A stretch of 64,000 nt of DNA, from positions 69,688,001 to 69,752,000 of the forward strand of contig NC_134470.1 of the NCBI RefSeq assembly GCF_964194025.1, in the 5' to 3' direction. Source of the stretch: Convolutriloba macropyga (Eukaryota). The notes under the pieces were generated by a model. It was given only the letters and a program-made list of their open reading frames with translations. It was not told where the DNA came from and searched no databases. Made by a program: the position numbers and the translations under genes. Below are positions 26,762 through 40,218 of the stretch, one piece after another. Every line of letters begins with the position of its first letter. Within the stretch, counting starts at the first letter, position 1.

Positions 26762-27031
26762 TCAAGCTTCCAAATCGCTATCGTCATCACCTTCGTTTTG
26801 TAACAAAACAAAAGCGTTTTTTCCACTTTGTTTCAGCCCGTTGATTGTTCTACTGTTTGAAGCAGATTTGTCACTTGGAAGGTCTTTAGGCAACGCAGAC
26901 GATGAGGAAGAACTGGAACTCTGGCTATTCTGTCGACAGCGAACCAGAGAGAACACGATGAGAAGTGCCACGATTAAGAGAAGGAAGTAACTAGTGTGCA
27001 CCAAATGCATGTTGATCAGACTCTGGTCACC
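26762..27031 (-). CDS. TMEM248: TMEM248-like, exon 5 (last; second TM helix)
   Basis: ttttcag|GGT GAC CAG; GDQSLINMHLVHTSYFLLLIV resembles the TMEM248 motif DDRSLINLHLMHTSYFLF (recalled, not searched); stop at 26762. Confidence 0.88.
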   Translation of the reverse strand, partial: GDQSLINMHLVHTSYFLLLIVALLIVFSLVRCRQNSQSSSSSSSSALPKDLPSDKSASNSRTINGLKQSGKNAFVLLQNEGDDDSDLEA

Positions 27032-27244
27032 CTGAAAAAAAAACAAGTCTAAATAATTTCAACTGTCCAATTTAATCGATGAGATCTCAGAAACAGTTGC
27101 TCTATATTTAAATTTTAACCTCATCGTTACGAATTTAATTTTGCATGATTGTGACATTTAAGGTTCTTCGGTTATCAAGATCTACGCCCTTCATAGAAGA
27201 ACGCAATTCTGATCAATCATAAATTGCTCTCCTAATGGGGGGGG

Positions 27245-27430
27245 GGGGTTGTCGCACACTTTTACACACATTTGGTTTCTGCCAAAATATTTTCCCCCAT
27301 TTGGTTATGCCATGCAACCAAAGTGGTTACGCCTTCGAACCAGAAAATTGAAATTTCTGACGCGTAGGTTCGAATCGAGTTGGGGGAAATATTTTGGCAC
27401 AAATGTGTCAAAAAGTGGGCCACAGACCCC
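27245..27430. mobile_element. Fold-back MITE-like element in TMEM248 intron 4
   Basis: Imperfect arms ACACATTTG..TGCCAAAATATTTTCCCCCA / TGGGGGAAATATTTTGGCACAAATGTGT with GGGG/CCCC ends. Confidence 0.6.
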
Positions 27431-27600
27431 GCATTTCTTCCTACTGATATCACAGCCCCTACGTGTAAAAGTCAATAGATCAGAATTGAGCAAAAACAAT
27501 GGAATTCGAATACATTTTTCTGAAATATGCTTTTCAAATTAGTCGTGCTCAAGATCTAATGTTCATTCTCAATTAAACACTCTGAGTCAGTCACACTTAC

Positions 27601-27907
27601 CATTGACAAGAATGCCGTCAGATCGATATCAAACTTGTGATAGATGTCAACTACATAGAACTCAAGGCCCATTCCTCCTCCACTCGAAGGATCAGAATCC
27701 ACAGTCACTGGTCTCTTTGTGGTAGTCCACAGCGAGTGAGGTGACTTGCCGCAAGTTGAGTTACTTCGTCTCTTCGGTACGAAGAGCATATTCGTTTTAC
27801 CATTCGTGGATTCTTCTTTTACGTTCAAAATTTGATCCAAAGCTTCGCTAATCAACTTGCTAGTCTTTTTCTGGCCATTTTTGTCGTCTTGAAAACAGAG
27901 TTCGGGC
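27601..27907 (-). CDS. TMEM248: TMEM248-like, exon 4
   Basis: tctttag|G CCC GAA CTC TGT completes the phase-2 codon from exon 3; ends ATG|gtaagt; open throughout. Confidence 0.82.
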
Positions 27908-29099
27908 CTAAAGAATACGTGACAGCAATTAGTACAGCTCTTTTCATAAAACGTTATTAATCAAAACAATTTCAAGACATTAAATTACTCCTTAACATCC
28001 CTTTAGCAAGCATAGCCTGCCGATTGTCAAAATAGCAGCAAAATACTTGCTTGTCTGCAGCACAGAGATAAGGACAGATACAGTACTGAATCGTTGAAGT
28101 TGTATATCAAAAGATAAACCATCTCAAAGAAGTCTTTTTAAAAAGAAAATCCAATTTCTAGACTCATTCAAATGAAATCAATCATTTCTTTTCTCAGTCA
28201 ATATCGACTGATCGATATATTCAAATCGATATCAGAACATCAGATCAATGAAAGCGAGCTAGAATGCCGTCGCATGCTTAGCTTGAGTAATTTATTTACG
28301 CTAACTTAGGTTAAACTTTCAGTGCGTGACACATTCTTCGCGATAAATAGTTGTCATCAACGTTAACCTTAACTCTTTAATCACAGAATTTGAAAATAGA
28401 AAGATTATCTTTAATCACATATTACGATGGCAAGAGATGCTCATTATGGATGACGTAATTCATTTTGGTGGCACTGGAGTCAACCTTGAAGGACATCATA
28501 GCTGCAGTTGAAGCCGACAAAAAGAAAGGCAGTAAGATTTCAAAAGCAAATTAAAGACGCTGAAAGGTTTGAACGATTTTTAAATTTATATAACGGCAGA
28601 AACAATCGCCTGCGTGAGTTGAAACAATAGAGCAGCAAGGATTCCATCGTTCTCACCTTCCGATTGAAGGAATTCAGAATCTTTCTCTAAACATTAAAAA
28701 AAACCGACAACTCGAAACTTGATATGAAGGATGAAATTCTCAAAGTTTTCCCTGTTATTCCGACAAAGCTACTGAAACCGGATCCATAAAAATTTTTTAT
28801 CCCAAATATCCGATGCAACAAACAAATGAAAAATTGTGCAAAAGAAAAATTGTAACTTTCCAGAACAAAGGCCTCGTTTCAGCGTAGTGCTATCTATCAT
28901 CTTGATGAACCCGCACAATAGTGTAAACAAGATTATGGTTCCGGAGAAAGTGCAGAAGAGGTAAATGGCTCAAAAATCCTGTTCTAAAAAACAAACCAGA
29001 AAACCCTCGTAAATTTATTGCAAATTCGTTGAAACGCAACTCACAACACTTTCTCAGAGTGACGAACAGCTGCAATCAGCTGAGTGACGAAATGCAGCA

Positions 29100-30300
29100 A
29101 AAACAGCTGAAACCAATGGTAACAAATGTTGTTCTTGAAATGAAATGACTTATTGGTGAAATAAGTCAAAATCCCAAGAGTTTTATGAACAAATTATTGA
29201 AGGAGATAAATCCCAATCAGTGAGTGAATACCTAGCTGAGAATAATGATTATGCTGCACACCGATTTAATTTTAAAACCGCCAAGTAGTTTCAATTTTAG
29301 TAATGCAAACATGCTCACCAATTATAGACCCAATTCTTAAGTTCATCTCATTGGCAAAATTTTCGAGAAAAGCCTTAAAACTAGAGTAATGTCTTTATTT
29401 TCAAAAAAACGAACTGTCTAAGAACCAATTTGATGATCAATTTTTCTATGATCACGAGTAGATGTTATCATCTAGAAGTTAGAACGTCTGCAGTTTAATC
29501 TGGTAATATTGTCTCACTGTATGTTTCTAGGCCTATCAAAACCCGTTGAGTTCCTTGATGTCCAATCTGCTCTTCTGCTCTTTCTCATTTATATGAACAA
29601 CCTTGTAATAGTAGCAAAAGAAAAAAGGACAGATCTTTGATGACGAAACAAATATGGTTTGCACGTACAAAAAAATACATAGCTGAACGGCAGATCGACG
29701 TGGCTGGAAACTGACAAGTTAAGGCCGGGCATTCAAAAACCGCAATTCATTGTATTTGGTTCCAAGAGTCCCGTGAAAAACAAAAAAACTTAGAATGAGC
29801 AAATAAGCAAATAATGAAAAAGCAAAAGTCTGTGCAATACTCGGGGTAACAAAGTCGATATCAACTTTACATTTCATCATCGCACCTTGCAATTGGCAAA
29901 AATGTAATCATTATATTTTTTAATCAAAATTATTTCAGTAGAAAATTGCGACAAAATATTTTCAATCGGCATGAGGTCGTATTTAAGTTCCCAAAACAGA
30001 AAGTAAGATTCTGTAGATTGCAAAACAAAAATGCAAAATGCTCGCATAATGAATGGCATACATCAGAGCGTTTGAAGCTACTTTCAAAAGTTACCAGCAA
30101 AGAAAACGCCAGCAAAACGACTAGTGCTTCCTTAATCGTTAGAGAAATAGCGAGATCACTTGATGAAGAAACGAATAACAACAATACCCTTTAAAGAAGT
30201 TAACAAAAGTTAAAGAAGTAGAAAACTAGTACAAAACGCATAACCAATCAAAATGATAATTTCCAACGCTCTGTGCAAAATTTGATAATAATACAAATAA
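29100..30300 (+). mobile_element. Heavily decayed L2/CR1-group LINE reverse transcriptase relic
   Basis: Colinear motif remnants with stops and frameshifts: NYRP (29320), KIFEK, GLSKP (DLSKAF-like), LFLIYMNNL, FDDET (FADDT-like), YLGV-like, LQNK. Confidence 0.6.
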
Positions 30301-30613
30301 AATTTCAAAGATTGCACGAACATTAAGCTAAACGAAATACAGCTTTCATTTCTAGCTTCTAAATAACTTAATTTTTCATTGCTAGTGTACTATCTAACCT
30401 GGTTTCTTAGATTTTGGTTTTTCTAGATAAACAATGCCTGGCTTTTTGTTGGAATTAATTTGGCTACCAGTCTTTATGTCAGAATTTCCATCGAAATATT
30501 ATTTTAAACACAATCAGATATGAAGGATGATTTGAACAGGTATAAAGGATGCTCAAACAGTCAAAATGCCTCCTAGCATTCGTTCGGTAAGGCGCTAATC
30601 GAATACTAAATTT

Positions 30614-33600
30614 AAACAAGGAGGCGTTCGCAACTAAATTTAATCAGTAATGTGCGTTCGCACATAAGGTTCCGAACCCGCATATCCACAAGTTTGACTT
30701 GATTGTCGAACAAATGAGGAAGAGATAGAAAACTTTCAAAAATTCGCATAGATTGATCAACAATAATTGGTGTATGAATCAAAAAATTGCCTCCAACAAA
30801 AATCACTTCTTAAAGTAATAAATGCCGCGTTAGTCGGCCAATGAGAATTGTCATTAATAAGACTATGAGACAAGACACACAAAAACTCAAATAACAACAA
30901 GCATTTACATCCAAAACAATTCCTTTTTGAAAAACTAAATAAAAACAAAATCAAAAAAATTAAAAAACAAAGTTTCAAAAAATCTATATTAAACAAAGTA
31001 GCTTGGTTTTTCCTAGGAAAAATATGGGGGGGACCAGTCTTTGATGACAATCGGTAAAAAGCAGACAAAAAAGAACAAAAAGGACGAAGTTACAAAAAAA
31101 GCATTTGTCTTCTCGAAAACAAATAGTTTAATAAAATCCATTGGATACCAATTCAAAACTTTAAATAGATTTATTTTCGTTCTTACTAACAATTAAAGAC
31201 ATTGAGACCTGTCCGTTTCCAGAATATGTCGCACGTCTACAAATATAAACGAAAAGGTCAGACGAAAAACAAAATTTCTGCTAAATCTTGTAATAAAACG
31301 GCGTGTAAGCCGTTAAAACCACAATACAATCAGCATACAAAAAAGTCAATTGCGTCTTCTTTAGAAACCAATGGTGAGATATATGACCGCTGATTAATGA
31401 GACCGGGTAAGAAGTTATGAAAAAATGAACAGGGAGAAGTTTAAAAGTACATTTATCTCAATAACTGCTCGAAAACTGTTAAGGCATCAAAGAATTGGAT
31501 AGCAACGAAATAACTGAAGAGGGTTGTTTATTTCTTTAAAAAAAGCATTAGAAATTGCAAATAATCTGAATATGTAATACATCTACAAAAAGAACGAGAA
31601 CAGACAAAAATCAAAAACTAAATATTTTGCAAAAAAAACTGGTATTGAAGGCGTACAACAATAAGCACTGCACTATAAATCTCAGATTTGCTCAACTGTG
31701 CTTTTTTAACACCAATATTTTGATATGCAATTTGTAGTTAAGGAGAATATATAACATGTAGTTAAAGAAAGCCAATTTCATATTTAAAAAATACATCTTT
31801 TCTATCTTCTCAAACATTTGATTCCAAATTATTGATAAACTTTAGCAATCTTACTGTTTAATGGATCATTAAACAGTTCTTCCAGAGCAATCCGCTAAGA
31901 CCTACAATTATGCAGTGTTTCTCATTCGACTACAAAAAGAACTACAAACAAACGAAACTCAAAAAACAACTTATTCTTTTGCAAAAAACCGATATCGAGG
32001 CCGTTAAAATAATAAGCGATGCACCAAAAAAGTCACAGGTTGCATTGTGCTTTTCCTCATCATCAATAATTTTTATTAGCAGCCTGTATTTATTGAGAGT
32101 CGGTAACAAGTTGGCAAAACAGCAAAATGTGAATTTAAAAAAACATCTGTATACTTTATTTAAAAATTTGATTTGAAAGTCATGAAAAACTTTACCAATT
32201 AACTATAATCAGCAAACAGGCTCTTTTGTGCATCCATAGAAAGAGGCTAACATCTGCAATTATCTGGAATTTGTCAAAGGACTACAAAAAAGATTGACAA
32301 ATACCGACCGAAAACCAAAAAAAATATGTTAACCTCTTCTAGAAGAGAGTCGGAGCGCTTAAAACAATAATCTGTTCGTGTAAAAACCAATAAGTTCAGA
32401 AATCTCTTCCTTTAACATGCCCCGAATGTGATACCTGAACTGTCAATAATGTGATAAGAGCGTAAAAAGAACCCGAATGATGAGAAAACGTCCCAAGAAC
32501 TGTAAATTTTTACGAAAACATGTAGTATCAAAGCAGAAAAACGATTACTTATAACATTCAATCGCAGTAAGCAATAAATTTTTAATCAAATAAGAAACTG
32601 TGTGACCTTTGTTAACTGACCTTAAGCTACACGTTGACCAAAAAAGTCGCAAAGCTCAATACATCATTGTTCATTTCATTGTAATAAATCAAGTCAAAAC
32701 GACAATAAGCTTTCGACTAAAAAGCGAAATAGGTTTCCTTGAAACACCCTACGGAGGATATCAGTTGAATCTGTCATTAGTTCAATTTGGTATTAATTAT
32801 TTTCCGTATTTAACGGAAAAAATGGGGAAATGCGAATCTTTAAAAAAACACCGACTGATTACAATCATTTCTTTTGGAATTAAGGAAACAACGATCAGAC
32901 CAAAACTAGCTTGGCTACTGCCGTTCGTCTGTTGGAAACACTTTATTGTTCCGAACATTATGGATATGGTTTATTCGACAAAAAAAGTCAATATCAAACA
33001 TAAATGATGCATTTTGCTTAATTAAAGAGTTAAATTAGCGAACAGCCGTTAAACGTTTAATTCAAGTACAGTCTCAAATGATCCACAATTAAAACAAACT
33101 AGCCTGTGTCTGAGTCGCCATAAACTGTATCAGCATTTTTTAGGTGTATTAATGCTGTAAATTTAATTAAATTCGACTACAAAAGCCTGTTACCAGCCAT
33201 TTTTGGTCGGAAAAAGACTGAAATTTGACAACATTTAGCACAATTTTTACCAACAAATTGAAACAAACGGTTGAAAAAAGCCCATTTCTTAGGAGTAAAA
33301 CAAACAACACTATACTTACAAATTTTCACAAATTTTTTAAGCAAAATGACAAAAAAAAATTGCATAAAAATACGGAAAATGTGAAAAGAAACAACAAAAA
33401 TCAGTCAAACGTTCACAAAACTTTAAACCTCAATAACAGTGTGGTAAAAACCAAATTCAGGAAACTTTTTAATTCTATTTTCACTGAATTTAGTGACCTG
33501 GTTTATAACAATTTCGACAAATTTTAGCAAAATTGACGAAATTAGTGAAAATGTGAACAAAACAACCGATTTCGGTCAACTATTCTCAAAATTTTAAACC

Positions 33601-33783
33601 ATTGTAACTCTCTTTAAAAAACGAAAATCAAAAAAACTTTTCAATTCCACACTTTACGCTGGACAGGTTTTCTAATGATACCACTCACAACCCTCTACGA
33701 TGAATATATCGATCGGTGAAAGTTATCTGAAAAAAAACAGTTTGAGTATATAGTTCCTCTCCCACCAAAGTGGGCCGCAACAA
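30614..33783 (-). mobile_element. Family F HINE-like element (diverged)
   Basis: Hairpin ATGTGCGTTCGCACAT near 30650 followed by GGTTCCGAACCC; right end GAGTATATAGTTCC...GTGGGCCGCAACA. Confidence 0.6.
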
Positions 33784-34305
33784 TTATTTGTTAGTGCAAA
33801 CGTTCTGAAAACGTTACTACATATTAGGACCCTTCGTCATAGATATCCTATACATCAAAATTCCGTAAAAGTAACCTATTGGCCTTAACAATATTTCCAG
33901 ACATTTGAGGCACTTGTGATAAAAATATATTAGGCAACTCAAAAAAAGACTTCAAAATCAACCCGAGGTCTAAAAGTAACCAACTATTATAGATACTCTC
34001 AGTTGATTGGCGAGCGGCTGGATTTGTCAGAAGATAACAGCTGTAAGAGAACATAAAGGCTTTAAGAGATGGCTTTGTCAGAAGAAAGGCTTTAAGAGAA
34101 CCTAACGCTCTCCGGGCGTTTGCTATCCCGTTTTGGAGGAAAAGTAAATTGGTCCGAAGAACACAAATACTGGAAGAAAAGTTGATAGTAAGAAAGATTG
34201 CATTAAAAAGACAAGTAGCGCTAATATATTTGAAACAAACTTTGTTTGAGAGCAATTAATGAACGTGCACATGAGTCACCTAAATGAAAGTGAGACCACA
34301 AAACG

Positions 34306-34731
34306 AAACATAACCGACTAACGTCGGGCGAATTGCTCTCAAACGACCGCGGTTGGCTTCGTCAGTAGCTAGGCACGGTTTAGTGAGGCTAGCTTTAGCT
34401 TAATTGAAGGGGCGTGAGTGAGCGCAGCGGGGAGGGGGATGCATCGGGGCTGATGAGGTGGTCAGAGTGGGGGGAGTCAATTTCTTTAAGAACCGGCCTT
34501 AGCACCATAAGTATAAGTCTCCAAAACAGATTCTGTGAATCGCATGCTTGAAGACTAGTGAGCTGAAAGACTCTAATAGCACTTAATGCCCGCTGGGCGC
34601 TACCTTTTCTATCCCGTTTTTGAGGACGAAAAATCAAATGCGTCAGACGAAAAATTGGTCAGGCGAAAAATCGTCTCACAAACGACCGACAGGACTAATA
34701 TAATTGCTAAACTTCGTTTAAGAGCAATTAA
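34306..34731 (-). mobile_element. Family E HINE-like element
   Basis: AAACATAA + hairpin CCGACTAACGTCGG + AATTGCTCT; right end AGAGCAATT-AAAA with an adjacent partial inverted repeat. Further copies at about 34995-35610 and 36335-36723. Confidence 0.7.
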
Positions 34732-35837
34732 AAACAAACCAGAAGAATTCGGGAAACAATCCGACGGGTAGTCTTCGGCAAAAACTATTCTCAATCGCCA
34801 GCAAATTACCTAAAAAAAGGGGCTTTAAAAATCAAAACAACACTTGTAAGACAAAACAGTGCTTGAGAACAAAACTTATAAACCCAGAATTCGATTGTGT
34901 TTTATTTAACGTTCAATAAAAAAAATGCTAATCAAAGCACTCTTTACCTTCTGCAATGACGTGATCACATTAACCATTCAAGAACCGGATTCTAAAAACA
35001 TAATCCGCCATAATCGACTAATTGCTCTATAATCCGCCAGACTAATTGCTCTAAAAGGCGATGCGGGGCCGAGGGAGAAAAGCAGAGTGCAAACCCTAAA
35101 TATTTAAAATTGCCCACGTTCACTTTCATGAAAAATGAACCTAAGTTGAGCCTGCTAAGACTCCAAGAGGGCTAAACATTCCCCATTGGCGCCGGGCTTT
35201 TCCCCAGCTAATCCTATTTCTCAATACCAAACACAAACCAATTAACAATGGAAAATTTGCCCTAAAACGACCGGCGGGGCGATTTATTTCAAGAGGGCGC
35301 TGTAGCCTAAATGAATTTCTACAGGTGCAAAAAATTTCGATTGGGGAGGGTTTCAAATCAGCGAAGTCTACGCTTTACGCTGAAACATTTATAACTCTGC
35401 TACCAGGTCCATGTAATTTCCTATCTTACAATCGCTTTTCTGTTAGCGAAAGACTTAATTTCTGAATAGCCATTAAGATCAGGCAAAATTACGCAGTCAA
35501 GCGTGACAAAGTCACTAAGGAAGTGAAATAGAAAGGTTAAGCAAAAAACTTTGCGCAAAAAACACACATTTACAGTAATTGCTTGCAAACTTCGTTCGAG
35601 GACAATTGAAAATAAAATCAAAACGCCAAAATAACATTCCAACACAACAACAATGATTGCTTCAACCTCCCTTCAAGAACAATTAAAAAGAAGTGATCAC
35701 AATCAAGCTGCCTGTAATTTAGCTAAATTTGTTGAATCGATCCAGATAGTCTTGATAATTGGTGGAAGATATAGGTGCCAGAATTCGAGTTCTCGTAGAA
35801 TATTATTTTACAAGCCAATAAATCTTTTAAAACAAGC

Positions 35838-36331
35838 AAACATAGCTGGCAGATTGCCAGAAAATAGCCGCAATAGAGTCGTAGATCGGCGGTCCAAAAA
35901 AAAGACAGACCGAAAAAATTCGTCTTTTCATTGAAGGCTGATCTGTTATATTTTGATTAAAAATCTGTATAAGTTATTGCTGCCTCTATTAGCTGCTCCC
36001 AAATAAACTTTATTTAGAAAGACACACACCTATTTGACCTTATCTCTTCGAATTAAAGTAAATAAAAGTCAATTTCAAAGCGAAGAAGTCATTTTTGAGA
36101 GTGAGGTAAGAGTCAAGTGTGACCAAAAAATTAATCACGCGCATGAACAAAAAACTCGCTCCACTAAGAGCGAAAAATGACGTCACACATGTAATTCAGT
36201 TAAAATTGCATGAACGAATGAACAAAAAGTGGCTGTGACGTCATATGGTCGTAACAAAAACAACGACGACGAAATAAAAAAAAACCAAGAGAAGGCCAAT
36301 AATAGCCCCAGCTATCGCTGTGCATCTATTA
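35838..36331 (-). mobile_element. Family B HINE-like element, uninterrupted copy
   Basis: AAACATAG + hairpin CTGGCAGATTGCCAG + ATAGCCGC; aligns along its length with 44048-44472 plus 46331-46378, and with 63329-63816. Confidence 0.8.
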
Positions 36332-36419
36332 AAAAAACATAACCGACTAACGTCGGAAAAATTGCTTTCGAATAAGTTTGGCGGGCCGTAAGTTTTTCTG
36401 TATGGGCGCAAAACTTCAG

Positions 36420-36502
36420 TCGAAGGTAGCGATTGAACCCTGACATCCGGAGTCCGATTCCTTCACCTCGACAGCGGCATTAACCACTCGACTATCAGGG
36501 CC
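36420..36502 (-). pseudogene. tRNA-like (SINE-head-like) segment inside a family E element
   Basis: Minus strand reads GGCCCTGATAGTCGAGTGGTTAATGCCG...GGGTTCAATC: A-box-like and B-box-like motifs, no intact cloverleaf. Confidence 0.45.
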
Positions 36503-37629
36503 TTGTCATCGTATCTCTAACAATCGGATTTGTTTGAACAACAAACCTTACTTCAGAGTGAGAGCAATTGAAATCTCTCATAAATCAGGAAGAACTGCGT
36601 GAAAAAGCCGCTTGAAAAAGTCAAAGATTATTCTAACAGAAAAGCGGAAAAACGTCAAGCGAAAAATCTGCATCAAAAGACACACATGTTTACAATAATA
36701 GCTTCTCATTTGAAAGCAATTAACAATTGGGTACAAGCAAAATGTGTTAGCTTATAACATTGATCACTAAATAAGAGCGAACAGCAAAAGACGTAAATCA
36801 AACATTGTATTCCCTTTTTAGAACAAAAACTACTATTAATCGAAGAGCGCAATAAGCATTGAGAGGGCAAGACGAGTAAAGAAGAGTAGGCTGACGGAAA
36901 GTTCAAAAAAATACGAATCAATGACATGTTGATTGGATTTGGTAGTAAGTGGATGCATACAGTAAACTTTACAGCGAAGTTAAGTAATGGGCTACAATGA
37001 TAAGTTTTTCCAGCTTCCATTTCTGTATTCGAGCTTGAATGCGATTATTTTACAAATTTTTAATGATCAGCTGCTTCTTAAACAATAATTAGGTACTAAA
37101 GATTAAGCGCCAAGAAATAAAGATTTCCGACGAACGTTACGAAAACATGGAAAATCGGTAACACAAAATCGGGTAACAATATGTCGCTCATAAAAAATGG
37201 TGATGAGGGAGATTATAATTACACTCCCCTTGGACACCGTATACAAACACATTGGCGGATCCAGTAGACTTCAAATACAGGAAAATCGTTTATTATAGAT
37301 CAATTAAATTCCAAAAAAGTGATCAATGTTGGTTATCTTTGTCGCAATAAAGATAACCATCTTGTTAAATAACAGCCGCCAGTCAGCTCCAGTAATAAGT
37401 CATGAAATAGTAGCTTTAACATACGATTCGAGTTTCGAGAAAATCGAGAAAATAGACAGCAACCTTACTAGTGCATCGCGATTCGGTCCAGCTGTTTCAT
37501 TAAACAATGCGGGCATTTTATATTAGTGAAAATTAGAATTCAGGCAATTAAAAAATCGGTCAACAGGATGGATTTCACTTTCAAAATTGCGTCACAGCAA
37601 TACTAATTCTAAGTGTCACTTGGACGCAC

Positions 37630-37837
37630 CTTTGTTTGTAGCGTGGTAAGATGTCAGTTTCGTTCGTCATCAAGACTAGACGTGTGTGTCCCGAAGCAGA
37701 GAACTGACTACCACCCGACGTTGAACATTGCTCACTCGAATTTTGCAGCGAGGTAGATGAGTTAACAACAATGCACTCTCGTTTAGAGAACTCTGGAAGC
37801 TCTAGATAGCCGAATACTGGAGATCTACTCAGTTCTC
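37630..37837 (-). CDS. TMEM248: TMEM248-like, exon 3
   Basis: gttttag|GA GAA CTG (phase 1 in) to CAA AG|gtgcgt (phase 2 out); phases match both neighbours. Confidence 0.8.
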
Positions 37838-38404
37838 CTAAAACACACCATTGCAGTGACCAAAAGAAAGGAATGATAACATAACAGGAGCAAAGGACAC
37901 AACTTGAATCGACAGCAACAAAGCTGTACAATCAATGCATTAAATTGTTCTCAAGAACATAACTTAATCAGAAAAGCAAATTCTGGACCAAGAAGACAGT
38001 AATTTACTGTTCATCTAAATTACTGTTCTGCCTTTGTTTTGTGTCAATCAACTCTCGTTGCGATAACAGTTGCATGACTTACTGGTGAAATTACAGGTTA
38101 ACGCCCAAATAATACTACAAAATCTGCTTCGTCATTAGACTGCGATAAAAGTCAAGTGTTAGAGCGTTACTATATAAACAGTGGCGATGAAAGAGTGTGA
38201 CAAACTCGTAGTCTAATCACGGCAACATTGTGATAAATTTATGCTAAATTAACTAGAGTTGATTAAAAACATTAACACACGGTTCCTTCTCGAAGTTATC
38301 GAACAACTCGGCTTTGCCTCAGAGTTTGATAACTTCTCCATAGTGATAACAACCTTTTGGAGATATTCATAAGCATATCACTAGGAGGCTTAACTTAGAT
38401 CTAC

Positions 38405-38702
38405 CTTGGATTCCGAAGCTATTTGCAGCAAGTTTGAACAACACGTGGTGCACTCCTCGAAGCAGAGTAGTGTCCTGGTCCACAGCTTTAGATGGCCTCA
38501 CATTCGTATCAACCTTCAGACACACACTCTTGCTCAAGTAACTCTGTCTAATTGAGGCCAACAAATCTTCGTCCCCTTCGCCAGTTGTGATTCCGGTTGT
38601 GGTAACAGAAATATTCTTCATTACGTCACTTGATTTCATGACACTGTTGGTGTCCACGCAGAACTCGATGTTGTCAAAGTTGGTTAGAAATGAATTCCAA
38701 TC
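38405..38702 (-). CDS. TMEM248: TMEM248-like, exon 2
   Basis: ttttcag|GAT TGG AAT; DWNSFLTNFDNIEFCV resembles TMEM248 DWNTFLLRFNDLDLCV; ends CAA G|gtagat. Confidence 0.88.
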
Positions 38703-39326
38703 CTGAAAAGATGACCAGCTATGTTTGAAGTCTAAAGAACACCTTTTCTTCCGAACGCACTTAATGGGAGGAGGAATTAAATGCTCATCTGGCTCTTTTT
38801 GTTCAGTCAATTTCGGCCAAACGATATTTGACATGAAAGTAATCATTAAAAAGCTCGTCAAGCGTACAAAATTTTAATTGGGGGGGGGGGTCGATTTTCG
38901 TCTTTCTCAAGTTATCGCGATTTTAAATTTTGTGAACATTCGGCTGATTTCCACATTTTTGTTCACTTTTGGATTAATTGAATCAACAGCTTTTGTCAGC
39001 TTTTGTTGAACGTGTCACTACGATATCGACTTTAATTTTGTCACTTTTAGAGGCTGCCTAACGGTTATTGCAACTATTGCAGTTTAGAGTTTTCAAAGCA
39101 TTTGGCTGATTTCCACTGATTTTGCAGACTTTTTCCGAATATTTCTTAAAATTCAAATCAAATGTCAATTCCTGGCGCCAAATGGCGATATAGTTATCAA
39201 TGATGTAACATATTATTAATGAAGTGTGTTTTATTTGAAAAACTTCAGTTTCAAAGCAGTGACAACAGTTTCAAAACATCGACGTTTTCGATCAAAACCC
39301 ATTAAAAAAATAAAATTAATCTTAAA

Positions 39327-40218
39327 AAACACAGCCAGAAGAATTCCGGAAACAACTCGAAGATGTCTCCAACAAAAAGCAGCCTGTCAAATAACTAGTT
39401 TCGGATGGCAGTGAGCATCGGAAAAACGATAACACAAACTCAATTGAAATAAAAGAAAAATTATTCAAATTTTATTACTAAGTTATTTTAAAAAATACGA
39501 AAATTCAATGACGTTTTCAAATTGTACAAGCACCAATACAATAGGAAAACAATATTTCAAGCAATTGAGGCATCTCAATGGCTAACACAAGCCAAAATAA
39601 GCACAAAAACATCTCTGATTTTGAAATAAAGCGAAGAACTAAAAAATTATAAATTTAAACATTTTTTTGCAATTTGTAGTCAAAATTCAAAGAAAAAATT
39701 GATTGGTACAAAAAACCTGTATTTAATTTGTGATAAAAATTGACTACGAGCATTAAACTTAACTGCAGCAACAATTAAAAGCAATTAAAAACAATAGCGA
39801 AAAACTCTTTTTAATTACCGAAAATCTTCGAAACGATAGCAAAACAACCTGAAAAAAAAAACAATTTTAGTCTAATATAACCTTTCTAGACATAGAAATT
39901 CCAAAAAAAAAACAGTTTGAAAAAACCAATCGTGAACAAAGATTTGCTCGCTTAGCAAAAATTTTGTCATACCTGCATTTCTCGCTCTGTTACAAAAGAA
40001 CAACTCTTTTCTCCGCTCTTCGAATTTGATCACTGTAACAACTTTTTCAAACTTCATTCACTTGCTGCAGTTTTCTTGCTCTCTCACATATCAAAAAAAC
40101 CATAAAGCCTATTTGAGACTTAAAAATGACAGCGCCCCAATACAATTCAAATTCTTTGAATTGTAAAAAAGGAGAGCTCCTAAATAATAGCCGCTGAGAG
40201 GCTGACAGCGGCCATTAA
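39327..40218 (-). mobile_element. Family A element followed by stacked family C and B2 terminal stubs
   Basis: CAGCCAGAAGAATTCCGGAAACAACTCGAAG at left; perfect hairpin TACAATTCAAATTCTTTGAATTGTA 40141-40165; then AATAGCCGCTG...CAGCGGCCATT. Confidence 0.6.
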
